64,000 nt of DNA from Anaerohalosphaeraceae bacterium (lineage in GTDB: Bacteria > Planctomycetota > Phycisphaerae > Sedimentisphaerales > Anaerohalosphaeraceae), in the NCBI GenBank assembly GCA_963675525.2, contig CAXXSL010000011.1, positions 128,001 to 192,000 on the forward strand, in the 5' to 3' direction. Below are positions 1 through 10,215 of this stretch, in pieces. The translations under genes were made by a program, and so were the position numbers. Below the pieces are notes generated by a model. It did not search any database. It saw nothing but the letters and a program-made list of their open reading frames with translations, and had not been told where the DNA came from. How positions within the stretch are numbered: position 1 is the first letter of the stretch; each line of letters starts with the position of its first letter.

Positions 1-85
1 TGATTTGTCGCCAGATGAAATTTTGCACAGTAAGACAAAGGAAGTCAAACTGAAAACCTAATAATATTAACATGAAAATTCAAGA

Positions 86-1678
86 CTAATTACCTGTGTA
101 TTCGAAATAATCGAACGTCGCATGCTCTTTACACTTCGTTCCATTACCTGTTGCGTAAAAACCAACGTACACTCCGGTGAATCCGCCAACGGTTTCTGAA
201 CTTAGATATTTGGCTTCAACATTTTCAATATCTTCAAACCGATCCTCTTGTGAATAAGAAAAAGAAAAACGTCCCCGGACCCCTTTTATTCTCATATTAA
301 CCGGACCAGGTTTGATAACAATTTCTTTCGATATATGAACTACAGAACCAAAGTAAAGTTTCACATATAAAATACGTTTGTCACCGGACCGTTTAATAAG
401 CAGATCAAAATGTTGACCATTATTAAGCAGTGTCATGCCTGCTTCTTCATTCTCATTTTTGGAATCAAAATGAATGGTCGTTGTGGCAGTGAAGTTCATA
501 TGTTGCAATCTTCTGCCTACAAAAGCAGGTGAGCTTTTTTCACCAATCCGTTGAGCCATGCCTTTTAAACATAAAGCACCGTTATCAATTTCACAAAAAG
601 TTTCATTTTCCCCTGGAGCCTGAATGAAATTCCATTCCAAGCCAAGTTTTTTGCCATTAAATTCTTCTCTTACTGGCTTTTTGGGGAATGGTTTTAGAGG
701 TAATGTTGGACAAGTCATATTCTCTGTGACCGTGCCGTTACCATTCACAACCGGCCATCCATATTTTGGCCATGTAACAGGCGCTAAAAGAGTTTCTCGC
801 CCTAAAATATGGTGAGCCGGATAATCAACGACCTTGCGATAGCCGTGGAAAACGATCCACCATGAACCATCATGTGCCTGTATCATATCAGCATGACCAA
901 CCCCCTGGATGGGATTGCCTTGTCCTGCTGCATTGGCATGAGCCAATATGGGGTTTGCAGGGTTTCCCGTAAAGGGGCCCCAAATGGTATTGCTGCGAGC
1001 AATTGTTTCACAATGTGCTTCTTCCGTTCCTCCTTCGGCAACCATCAGATAATAATAGCCGTCTTTTTTGTAAATATGCGGACCTTCTGCATATCTTCCT
1101 CCTGTACCCAACCAGACTCTTCGACCCTCTGTAAGCAATTTTCCAGTTTCCAGATTAATCTCGTATACCATGAATGCAGAAGAAATCACGTAGACCTTTC
1201 CGTTATCATCAAAAAACAAGTCCGGATCAATTCCCGGAACATCGATCCAGATTGGATTTGACCAGGGGCCGGCGGGATCGGTTGCAGTAACATAAAAATT
1301 CCCCCCCCTTCCCGTATTGGTCGTAATCATATAAAAAGTGCCATTGTGATGTCTGATCGTGCATGCAAAAATATTCAGTCCATTCGGCAGTTGTTTATTA
1401 CGATCAATGCAATGACCTATTTGTTCCCAATTCACAAGGTCCTTACTGTGGAAAACCGGAACACCAGGGTAATATTCGAAGGTGCTGCTGACTAAGTAAT
1501 AATTATCTCCGACTCTACATATACTGGGATCAGAATAAAAACCTGGTATCACAGGATTCTTATATGTTATCTGGTCGTCAGGGTTTACTTTAACGGCAAA
1601 GGGATTATCGTGAACCTGTGCAGCTAATGCTGTGCTGCCCATAATAAGGAGGAATAGAATGAATACATTGTTTTTCAT
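86..1678 (-). CDS. GH43 beta-xylosidase/alpha-L-arabinofuranosidase with C-terminal beta-sandwich domain, secreted
   Basis: Signal peptide; NPVIPGFYSDPSICRV, IDPDLF, AEGPHIY, GVGHADM, LGRET motifs; ends GGFTGVYVG. Confidence 0.92.
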   Translation of the reverse strand: MKNNVFILFLLIMGSTALAAQVHDNPFAVKVNPDDQITYKNPVIPGFYSDPSICRVGDNYYLVSSTFEYYPGVPVFHSKDLVNWEQIGHCIDRNKQLPNGLNIFACTIRHHNGTFYMITTNTGRGGNFYVTATDPAGPWSNPIWIDVPGIDPDLFFDDNGKVYVISSAFMVYEINLETGKLLTEGRRVWLGTGGRYAEGPHIYKKDGYYYLMVAEGGTEEAHCETIARSNTIWGPFTGNPANPILAHANAAGQGNPIQGVGHADMIQAHDGSWWIVFHGYRKVVDYPAHHILGRETLLAPVTWPKYGWPVVNGNGTVTENMTCPTLPLKPFPKKPVREEFNGKKLGLEWNFIQAPGENETFCEIDNGALCLKGMAQRIGEKSSPAFVGRRLQHMNFTATTTIHFDSKNENEEAGMTLLNNGQHFDLLIKRSGDKRILYVKLYFGSVVHISKEIVIKPGPVNMRIKGVRGRFSFSYSQEDRFEDIENVEAKYLSSETVGGFTGVYVGFYATGNGTKCKEHATFDYFEYTGN

Positions 1679-1735
1679 AGCAATCCCTTTTAATTAATAA
1701 TTGTATTGCAAAAAAGCTTAGGAATGATCATTTTT

Positions 1736-3346
1736 TCACTTCAAAGGTTCCACTTCATAATCGAACCAGTCGAAATCGGCGGGGTTCTGATTATTCTCTC
1801 CATTTCCTGATGCATACATTCCAATGAAGACGCCGGTGAACCCTCCAATGACTTCAGTGGACAGGTTTTTAGTTAATGCAGTGCCTATCAGTTCGGCTTC
1901 TTTCCCTTCCGGCTGCACCAAAAACTGATATTGCATCTCAGTTGTTTTAATATGCAGGATGACATCGCCATCCGGAATCTCTTTATACTCGGTTTTAACG
2001 ACTTTGTCCTGTAAATATTCCCGCAGCATGATGACTCGTTTTCCTCCAGCCATTGTTATCAGGAAGTCGTAATGATTTTTATCATTTCCGCGAATCAGCA
2101 GCCCAGCCTCTTCGTTTGAGGCGGTCGGGGAAAAATCAATCTTTGTCGAAGCCGCCATGTTGAATGCGGTCTGCCTGCGGCAGATAAATGCCGGCGAGTC
2201 TTTCTCTTTAAGACTGACTTTCGAGCCATTCAGTCTAAGAAAACCCGGTTTTGCCGTAAGTGACCAATCCTCAGCATGAGGATTTCGGACAAAGTTCCAC
2301 AGCAATCGAAGTGAAGAGCTGTCGAAATCATCGCGGATCGGCTCTTTTTCCCAGATATGCTGAGGTAATTTCGGGACAGGATATTCTTCCTTAACAATAC
2401 CGTCGGTTCCTACTTTTGGCCAGCCATCCTCACTCCAAGTAACAGGCGACAGAAAGGTTTCACGGCCTAAATGTTGAAAATTGCCGCCTTTAGGCCTGAT
2501 TCCAAGACACACTAACCACCATCCGTCAGGAGTCTCTATCATGTCGGCATGGCCGATCGCCTGAAATGGATTATCGGGAGCATTCATGTGCGACGCGACC
2601 GGATTATTAGGACTTACTTCATAAGGCCCCCAAGGTGATTTGCTGCGTTGAATCACTTCTCTGTGTTGGTACCCGGTTCCGCCTTCCGCAGACATTAAGT
2701 AGTAATAGTCGTTGATTTTGTATAGGTGTGGACCCTCAGGAGATGAGCCGCCAAGTCCTGCTGCGATTTTTTTCAACGGCTCATTAAATTTGTCCGTTAT
2801 AGGATCCATGATCCCGAGCAGGAAACTGCCCTTATTGTCCGGACTGAGATAGTAAACCGTATCGTCTGCGAACAGCAGCGAAGGGTCCACATACCAGCAG
2901 CCTAACCAATGCGGTTGGGACCATGGCCCGGCCGGATCGGCAGCGGTTACATAGAAAACGCCCTGTGTGCCTTTTCCACCATAATTGGTGCCGATAACAT
3001 AGAACGTACCGTTATGGTAACGTATCGTGGCGGCATATTGGCCGCCACTTGAATCACAACCCATCAGAGGATTGCTGCCTGCCCGGGACAGCGCGTATCC
3101 AATCAATTTCCAATGCACCAGATCTTTACTTTGATAGATCGGTAAGCCGGGAAAATACTCGAACGTGGAGGTCACCAGATAATAGTCATCGCCCGCACGG
3201 CAAATACTGGAATCCGGATTCATCCCCGTAATAATTGGATTTCGAAATGTCGTTTGTGCGTCGACATGGCATGCGAGTACTATTGTGCCAAGACATATGA
3301 GTGTTGCCAATTTTATCTTCACAGTATTTATTCTCTTGTATGTCAC
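1736..3346 (-). CDS. GH43 beta-xylosidase/arabinofuranosidase, secreted (paralog of the adjacent gene)
   Basis: NPIITGMNPDSSICR, VDPSLLF, PEGPHLY, AIGHADM, LGRETF, GGFTGVFIG; GTG start. Confidence 0.92.
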   Translation of the reverse strand: MTYKRINTVKIKLATLICLGTIVLACHVDAQTTFRNPIITGMNPDSSICRAGDDYYLVTSTFEYFPGLPIYQSKDLVHWKLIGYALSRAGSNPLMGCDSSGGQYAATIRYHNGTFYVIGTNYGGKGTQGVFYVTAADPAGPWSQPHWLGCWYVDPSLLFADDTVYYLSPDNKGSFLLGIMDPITDKFNEPLKKIAAGLGGSSPEGPHLYKINDYYYLMSAEGGTGYQHREVIQRSKSPWGPYEVSPNNPVASHMNAPDNPFQAIGHADMIETPDGWWLVCLGIRPKGGNFQHLGRETFLSPVTWSEDGWPKVGTDGIVKEEYPVPKLPQHIWEKEPIRDDFDSSSLRLLWNFVRNPHAEDWSLTAKPGFLRLNGSKVSLKEKDSPAFICRRQTAFNMAASTKIDFSPTASNEEAGLLIRGNDKNHYDFLITMAGGKRVIMLREYLQDKVVKTEYKEIPDGDVILHIKTTEMQYQFLVQPEGKEAELIGTALTKNLSTEVIGGFTGVFIGMYASGNGENNQNPADFDWFDYEVEPLK

Positions 3347-3422
3347 TTAAACTTATATCGAAATCATGCTCAACTTATTTGCTGACGCACGTTCCATCAT
3401 AAATGTACTCGTACATCAGCTT

Positions 3423-4370
3423 TTAGTTCATCCAGTTCTCTGCAAACTGAGAAAATTCATACAAGTCAATAACACAATTGCCTTCCAGATCCATTCCTGA
3501 AGTCAACGCACAATCGTCTTCCAACCACAGCGTAAAGAAATCGAGTAAGTCGTTCATATCAACCGTTCCATTGCCGGTAACGTCACCATACAGTCCTGTC
3601 AACCACGGCGACAAATACCTCCCGCCAATAACCGCCTGCGAAATCCCCGGCCCTGACCATGCCACGGCGATATTATCGCCGCCGGTCCCCTCCTTATGCA
3701 AAACCTCGATATAGTATTTCTGTCCGGCAGTCAGCGTGATGGACGCAGACTCCTGTTCGGTATATTTATCCCACTGGCGGGAATCGGTCCAACTGGTAAC
3801 TTCCGCAATCAGGGCGGCATTCTCCGCTGTCCCGTTCGTGCTGAGCCACAACCGGCAGTTATCATCGCCGGCAATCCAGAAGGTATAATCGCCGCTGGCG
3901 GGCGGATGCAGATAGCCCCGAATGCGTGTTCCATAATTACTATCCCAATCAATCGGACCTTCAAGGCGGATCAGTTGTTCGGCACCGGAAGGATTGTCCG
4001 GATAATTAACATTAGACGTAAGGTCGCTAACGGCTGTGCCGCTGATCCCGGTCCACCATTCGCGAAGGACCGTCCCCATCCCCGTATCGGGAATGGTCGC
4101 GGATTCTTCATCCGAATAACCGGATTCGTTTGAGGAGGTATCTAAGGCCGTCACCACGTAATAATAAGTTTGCCCACCGATCACCGTATCATCCGAATAA
4201 AGTGAATTACTGAGGGCCGCGCCGTTTAATTTTATATAACCACTGCCTGATGTTACAGAACGGTAAACGTTATAGCCGTCCAGATCGCCTTCGCCGTTGT
4301 CGTTCCAGTTAAGTGAGACTATCAGTTCACCACCGGTTACTGACAAGCCTGTTGGCGCCGCCGGAGGTAT
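3423..4370 (-). repeat. FN3-PA14-dockerin-like tail cassette, copy 1 (boundaries approximate)
   Basis: Nucleotide and protein similarity to copies at about 5540-6490 and 7659-8620. Confidence 0.85.
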
Positions 4371-5429
4371 CGCATCGCCCGTAATATCAAACGCCTCCAT
4401 ACCCATCAGCATTTCGACATTCGACCAGCTCGGAACCGGCTCGAACAACGCCCTGTAACCGTCAGTCGAATTCCATACCCATGCGGGCTCCCAATAGCAG
4501 ACCCCTCTTCCCTTGCCGTTTGGTGTGGCCTCGACTCGTGCTATTACATCTTCCAAAAATGCTTTCTGGTTTTCCGGACTTTTTCCCGAACTGCCAGTGT
4601 AGTACTCGCCGACTTCTGCAAGAATGACATCCTGAGAGTAGCGTGTGCCCATTAAATTCAGACAATCGGTCAGATCGCTGACGGTTCCATGCCATTCCGG
4701 GTAGAAGGACTGCCCGATCACGTCAAATTGCACACCCTGCGAAATGAGATTATCAAAGAACCATTGGGTTGACGATGCGTCACCGCCGCGGTCAATATGT
4801 ATCATGATTTCCGGCATGGGTTCGGTCCCTCTGCCGGCTGCGACACCATTGATGCCAGCCTTGACAAGGTCGGTAAAATTGCCCCATCCGCTGGTGGAGA
4901 TTCGTCCGTCCGGCCAGAGCATACCATTAGGAATCTCATTGCCAATCTGGACCATATCCGGCATCGCGTTGTTAAGACGCAAATGCTCAATGACGTCACG
5001 TGTGTAGTCGTGAACCGCGCTAACAAGCTGCGTATGGTTCATCCCGGACCATGCAGCGGGAGTCGTCTGATGCCCCGGATCGGCCCATGTATCCGAATAA
5101 TGAATATCCAGCAGGAATTTGAATCCCGCAGCTTTGACTTGGACACCAAGATTCGTCACATAAGCGAGGTCTTGACTAACGCCGTATATCGAGCCGTCCG
5201 GAGTATGAAACAATCGTATGCGAATCCAATTAAAGTCGTGATTTTCTAAAATGACCAGCAGGTCTTTGGGAACGCCATACTCCTTGTAAATGACCCCATC
5301 TGCGACCTGTCGTGTGTGTGTGGATATGTCCGCTCCTCGCATGAACTCGGCATAAACGCAATTCTGCGTCATCATGCTTAATCCTGCAAGGAACAACAAA
5401 AGTACGTGGCATACCGGATTTCTGGTCAT
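3423..5429 (-). CDS. GH53 endo-1,4-beta-galactanase + FN3 + PA14 + dockerin-like tail
   Basis: RGADIS, LLDIHYSDTWADPGHQ, MVQIGNEI, SFYPEWHG, GVCYWEPAW; then PPAAPTGL FN3, PA14 (YGTRIRGYL..YTFWIAGDD) and GDVTGNGTVDMNDL..WL. Confidence 0.93.
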   Translation of the reverse strand: MTRNPVCHVLLLFLAGLSMMTQNCVYAEFMRGADISTHTRQVADGVIYKEYGVPKDLLVILENHDFNWIRIRLFHTPDGSIYGVSQDLAYVTNLGVQVKAAGFKFLLDIHYSDTWADPGHQTTPAAWSGMNHTQLVSAVHDYTRDVIEHLRLNNAMPDMVQIGNEIPNGMLWPDGRISTSGWGNFTDLVKAGINGVAAGRGTEPMPEIMIHIDRGGDASSTQWFFDNLISQGVQFDVIGQSFYPEWHGTVSDLTDCLNLMGTRYSQDVILAEVGEYYTGSSGKSPENQKAFLEDVIARVEATPNGKGRGVCYWEPAWVWNSTDGYRALFEPVPSWSNVEMLMGMEAFDITGDAIPPAAPTGLSVTGGELIVSLNWNDNGEGDLDGYNVYRSVTSGSGYIKLNGAALSNSLYSDDTVIGGQTYYYVVTALDTSSNESGYSDEESATIPDTGMGTVLREWWTGISGTAVSDLTSNVNYPDNPSGAEQLIRLEGPIDWDSNYGTRIRGYLHPPASGDYTFWIAGDDNCRLWLSTNGTAENAALIAEVTSWTDSRQWDKYTEQESASITLTAGQKYYIEVLHKEGTGGDNIAVAWSGPGISQAVIGGRYLSPWLTGLYGDVTGNGTVDMNDLLDFFTLWLEDDCALTSGMDLEGNCVIDLYEFSQFAENWMN

Positions 5430-5539
5430 CGTCCATATTTCTTTAACAGTGTTTCAGCCATGGTTTATCGTCAAATTCAGCATACAGGCATATTCACAGA
5501 ATCGATTCATCTTTGATATATTGATCGCAGTTAATAATC

Positions 5540-6490
5540 CTATTGCCAGTTTTGAGCCATCCGAGAAAATTCATACAAATCAACAACACAGTTGCCGTTC
5601 AGGTCCACTCCTGAAGTCAAAGCACAATCGTCTTCCAGCCACAGCGCAGAGAAATCGAGTAAGTCGTTCATATCGACCGTTCCATTGCCGGTAACATCAC
5701 CATACAGGCCGGTCAACCATGGTGACAGGTATGTCCCGCTGATAACCTGCTGGGAAATCCCCGGGCCTGACCATGCCACAGCGATATTATCGCCGCCGGT
5801 ACCTTCCTTGTGCAATACCTCAATGTAGTATTTCTGCCCCGCTGCCAGGGAAATCGCAGCAGACTCCTGCGAGGAATATTTGTCCCATTCGCGCGAATCT
5901 GTCCAACTGGTAACTTCCGCAATCAGGGCCGCATTATCCGGCGTGCCGTCCGTGCTTAACCATAACTCGCAATTATCATCACCGGCAATCCAGAAGGTGT
6001 AACTGCCCGTTGTCGGCGGATACAGGTAGCCGCGAATGCGGGTTCCGTAATTATCCACCCAATCAATGGGGCCTTCCAGACTTGTCAAGTAACTACTGCC
6101 CGATGGATTATCGGGATAATTAGCGTTGGAAGTCAGACTACTGACGCCGGTACCGCTGATGCCCGTCCACCATTCGCGAAGAATTGTTCCCATGCCTGTC
6201 AATGTTGTAGTGATAGAAACCTCATTCGAATCATCGGATTCGTTCAGGGAGGTATCGACTGCCGTTACCACATAGTACGTTTCTCCGCCGGGCGGGGTAC
6301 TGTCGGTATATTCAGAATCCAAAACAGGACTGCTATTCAGTTTCGTGTAACCGCTTCCTGAAATAACGGAACGATAAACATTATACCCCTTCAAATCATC
6401 TTCGGTGTTGTCGTCCCAGTCCAATGCAACATAGATCCCATCCAAATTTGCCGTTAGTCCCGTCGGTGCCGAAGGCGGCGTCGGGTCGCT
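5540..6490 (-). repeat. FN3-PA14-dockerin-like tail cassette, copy 2 (boundaries approximate)
   Basis: 5817..5950 is identical over 134 bp to 7944..8077. Confidence 0.9.
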
Positions 6491-7633
6491 GCCCGGGGGC
6501 GGAAGTGCGGGGCCTCCCGTCAGTGCTGTCACATTATCCTGGTCCATGACTGAATAGTTATAGCGATTGAACACCCCCCCTCCATTCAGGTCACCATTAT
6601 CCCAATAGAAGGGATGAAATCCGCCGCTGTTGGCGGAATCAACGACGTACTTATCAAAAAAAGTCCTCGAAGCAAGATGCAAGTCAACATTGTCACCCGT
6701 AAGATCCGGGTATGAAGCTGTCGTGCGCCTCATGCTCCCGAACTCGCCAAGTATCACGGAGATTCCCTGGCTTGTAAACTTGTCGATCATCTTCTGGAAC
6801 AGTGCGTCCAGTTCGGCCTCTTCGCCCCAGGTACAGTTACGAGAGGCCAGGGTGTCTGAATGATAATCTTGTCCCCAGAAATAGAACATATCACCCCAAC
6901 TCTGATCGCTGTCCAACCCGCAAAACTGCCACGGCGTATAATAGTGAACTTCGACCATCAGGCGACCGGGGGTCGAGTCGGAAGGCAGGGTGTTCATCAA
7001 CTGGTCAGTAAGGGTAATGTCGGTACATGGCCCCTGGACCACCAGCCAGCGGGACGTATTGCTGCCGCCTGTGGCGCGGACCGCGTCGATGAAAGTCTGT
7101 TCGTAATGCAACAACTCGGACATCTCTGCGGCTGTGTCAGCGTCCGGCTCATTCGTGCAGGCGAACAGCAACTTATCATCATAGTTGATGAAGGTGTTGG
7201 CGATCTGCGTCCAATAGGCGTCCACCTTCGCGTCGATTGTCGAATTCACGGTTCCGTCAATGCTTGTGTCCAGCCATCCGTTGTCCCAGTGGCTGTTGAT
7301 AATAACGTGCAGGTTCGCGGCGTAACAATAGTCAACCACCTCCTGGACCCGCGCCAACCAGGCCGAATCAATCACATACGTGCTCTGGTTGGCGTGGCTG
7401 TTCCACGCAACCGGAATACGGATCGTGTTAAAGCCCGCAGCAGCCACCGCGTTGATCAGTTCCTGCGTCGCCGGCGGGTTGTTCCAAGTACCTTCGCCAC
7501 CGGGCGGTTCCAGCGTGTTCCCGAGATTCCACCCGTAGGTCGGTGTTGGCAGCTGCGCGAACGTGACTGCCGGAAGCATCAGTAAGCACACTATCGAAAA
7601 ACAGATAAAGCGGATTGTTTTATTCAGCATCAT
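5540..7633 (-). CDS. GH5 (subfamily 4-like endoglucanase/xyloglucanase) + FN3 + PA14 + dockerin-like tail
   Basis: GWNLGNTLE, GFNTIRIPVAW, INSHWDNGW, TNEP, VHYYTPW, ILGEFG, YWDNG motifs; same tail as its neighbours. Confidence 0.92.
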   Translation of the reverse strand: MMLNKTIRFICFSIVCLLMLPAVTFAQLPTPTYGWNLGNTLEPPGGEGTWNNPPATQELINAVAAAGFNTIRIPVAWNSHANQSTYVIDSAWLARVQEVVDYCYAANLHVIINSHWDNGWLDTSIDGTVNSTIDAKVDAYWTQIANTFINYDDKLLFACTNEPDADTAAEMSELLHYEQTFIDAVRATGGSNTSRWLVVQGPCTDITLTDQLMNTLPSDSTPGRLMVEVHYYTPWQFCGLDSDQSWGDMFYFWGQDYHSDTLASRNCTWGEEAELDALFQKMIDKFTSQGISVILGEFGSMRRTTASYPDLTGDNVDLHLASRTFFDKYVVDSANSGGFHPFYWDNGDLNGGGVFNRYNYSVMDQDNVTALTGGPALPPPGSDPTPPSAPTGLTANLDGIYVALDWDDNTEDDLKGYNVYRSVISGSGYTKLNSSPVLDSEYTDSTPPGGETYYVVTAVDTSLNESDDSNEVSITTTLTGMGTILREWWTGISGTGVSSLTSNANYPDNPSGSSYLTSLEGPIDWVDNYGTRIRGYLYPPTTGSYTFWIAGDDNCELWLSTDGTPDNAALIAEVTSWTDSREWDKYSSQESAAISLAAGQKYYIEVLHKEGTGGDNIAVAWSGPGISQQVISGTYLSPWLTGLYGDVTGNGTVDMNDLLDFSALWLEDDCALTSGVDLNGNCVVDLYEFSRMAQNWQ

Positions 7634-7658
7634 GTTGCACCTCTAAGCATTCGTACCT

Positions 7659-8620
7659 CTAATTATCCAACCAGTTTTGTGCCATTATCGGGAAAATTCA
7701 TACAGGTCAATCATACAGTTTCCGTCCAGATCCATTCCCGAAGTCAACACACAATCATCTTCCAGCCAAAACGCAAAGAAATCCATGGCATCGTTAATAT
7801 CGACGGTTCCATTGCCTGTCACATCACCATACAGGCCGGTCAACCATGGTGATAGATATGTCCCGCTGATGACCTCTTGGGAAATCCCCGGGCCTGACCA
7901 TGCCACAGCGATATTATCGCCGCCGGTATTTTCCTTGTGCAGCACCTCAATGTAGTATTTCTGCCCCGCTGCCAGGGAAATCGCAGCAGACTCCTGCGAG
8001 GAATATTTGTCCCATTCGCGCGAATCTGTCCAACTGGTAACTTCCGCAATCAGGGCCGCATTATCCGGCGTGCCGTCTGTGCTTAACCAGAGTTCGCAAT
8101 TATCATCACCGGCAATCCAGAAGGTATAATCGCCCGTTGTGAGAGGATGCAGATAGCCACGGATGCGCGCACCGTATTCATCAGTCCAATTTGTCGGCCC
8201 TTCAAGACTGGTGAGTTGACCAACGGTAAAAGGACTGTCCGGGAAAATCAATATTCGAAGTCAAATCGTCGACAGACGGGCCGGAAATACCGATCCAGCG
8301 TTCATGAAGGATCGTACCCATAGCCGTATCAGGAATCGTCGCGGACTCCTCGTTCGAATCATCGGATTCATTCCAGGACGTATCGACAGCGTTAACAACA
8401 TAATAGTATGTTTCACCGCCGTCGCCGGTGTTATCGGTATAATATGAACTCGCAACCACGCTGCTGTTAAGCTTTGTATAGCCGCTGCCTGATGTTGTCG
8501 AACGATAGATATTGTAACCTTGCAGGTCTTCTTCGGTGTTGTCATCCCAGTCCAGTGCAACATGGATGCTATCCAGGTCGGCCGTGAGACCTGTCGGTGC
8601 GGCCGGAGGTGTGACATCCC
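7659..8620 (-). repeat. FN3-PA14-dockerin-like tail cassette, copy 3 (boundaries approximate)
   Basis: 7944..8077 is identical over 134 bp to 5817..5950. Confidence 0.9.
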
Positions 8621-10139
8621 CCGTACCGTGTGGTATTTTCAACAGCATCATACAGCTTGCCGGAAGTGTTACAGTGAAACTATTGCCCACGGTAATTGCC
8701 TGTGAGGGCAGGGAAGACACTGCCATGGGATCCGGATGGACCACGCCATTGATACTGATATCGCTGCTGTCCTGGATATTGACGCCGCCGGATATCAACG
8801 ATCCGGCCGGCTCAACAAGCCATTCCTGTCCGCCCGCACCAGCTAAAAAACCAGCAATATTGATATCCGCTGTTAAATCCGCAGTGGGCGAATTATTCAC
8901 GATAAATAATGTCATATTACCGTCTGCATCTTCGGCAGCGTATGCTCGGACCAGCGAATGGGAACTGGAGGCCGTTACCATGTCCCGTCCGAAATAATTG
9001 ATCAGTAGCGGATGAACATACCAAACCGGATAGGGCGACCATGTATCGCCATTGTACTGCGGTATCCAGGGAGTTGATACGTCCCAGTTATTTCTGGCCA
9101 TTTCAAGGATATATTGAGTATGAAATAAAGCATTGACATAACATGTCACACGATTATAGTTGTCGTGACCTCCCGCATCCCATTCGGTCATCGTATATCG
9201 GATCTGCCCGACATATTGCGACCCGAGGGCGTTCTGAACGATGCCGTCCATATTCGAAGTGTATTGCCCAATATCATTGACCCGGTCACTCAGAAGCGTT
9301 GGGTTATAAGAGGCCAGTTCCCCGCTTCCGGGATATTGATGGATAATCAAAAAATCAGGAATCGCATTCTTTGCGGCAGCGGCCACAAGCGTATCGTAGG
9401 TCCAATAGCCCTGATACCACCCCCATGGCTGAAGTTCGTGTTTCGGTTCCGCACAGGCGCCGATTTTGATGTTGGGATTGACCGCTTTCATCGCCAGAGA
9501 AAAATCCGCAAAATAATCCCCATAAAAGGTGCCGCTGATTTCGGGGAAATAGCCGACCTCCCACGGACCGCCGATCTCGTTGCCGATCTCCCAGTATTCC
9601 GCGCAAACGGCTCTGGAAGTTTGGTCCTGAACCCATGCCACCGCCGCATCGACGGCGTTGGTATGGGCAACTGCATAATTTTGATTGGTGTCGTCTCCGG
9701 GAGTGTCATCCTGAAGGGTATCGTACCACCAACCGGGGAAGTTAACTATCGGCTGAAGTGTCGGATACATCTCTTCGCCGGGCTGGCTGAGAATGCTCAT
9801 CAGATTCAGGTATTCCTCATAACTGATTTTCCATCCATTGGCGCCATTTGGACCTTCAATGTCGCTCCAGAGATGGCCGTTGCTCCACGATCCGCCGAGT
9901 ACACGAAAGTACTTACTGCCGGAGGCAATCAGCAGGTTATTGAGTTGCGACCAAGTGCCGTCCAGATGCCAGTCCCAGGACTGTAAATTCGTCCCGTACA
10001 TGGTCATTGGAATGGTGCGAATCGGCGAATCGCCGTCAACATTAATGACTAAGTCTGCGGCAAAGGCCGGAATAAGCATACTTAAAAAAAGAAAGATAAT
10101 AACAAATGAACCTTGCAGACCACGATGAAAGCTATTCAT
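7659..10139 (-). pseudogene. Clan GH-A glycoside hydrolase (GH44/GH51/GH79-like) + FN3 + PA14 + dockerin-like tail, frameshifted (may be intact in vivo)
   Basis: ORFs 8202..10190 and 7685..8251 join into the same architecture as the two paralogs if one base is removed at about 8241-8247. A second shift at about 7690 hides the MAQNWLDN* end. YWEIGNE and TEW motifs; likely start ATG 10139 after GGGGG. Confidence 0.8.
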
Positions 10140-10215
10140 ACAACCCCCACTGATATTTGATCGTTCGAAAGAATAAATTGTAAAGATCACAGCTTAAAGT
10201 ATTCCTCCATTCATA

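Noticed and set aside
86..3346. Horizontal origin of the tail-less GH43 pair
   Set aside because: The first gene looks AT-richer, but composition and phylogeny could not be computed
5592..7955. Small repeated ORFs (3478, 5592, 5713, 7677, 7840) with similar sequences
   Set aside because: Alternative-frame shadows of the repeated PA14-dockerin cassette, not a separate gene family
3423..8620. Tail repeats as a diversity-generating retroelement template/variable pair or a CRISPR-like array
   Set aside because: No reverse transcriptase or cas gene, all copies are coding, and there is no repeat-spacer periodicity
9165..9986. Long antisense ORFs (also 6860..7585, 13575..14249, 27309..28124, 33128..33928, 41232..42074)
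   Set aside because: They lie opposite well-supported genes and have no recognisable motifs; typical shadow ORFs
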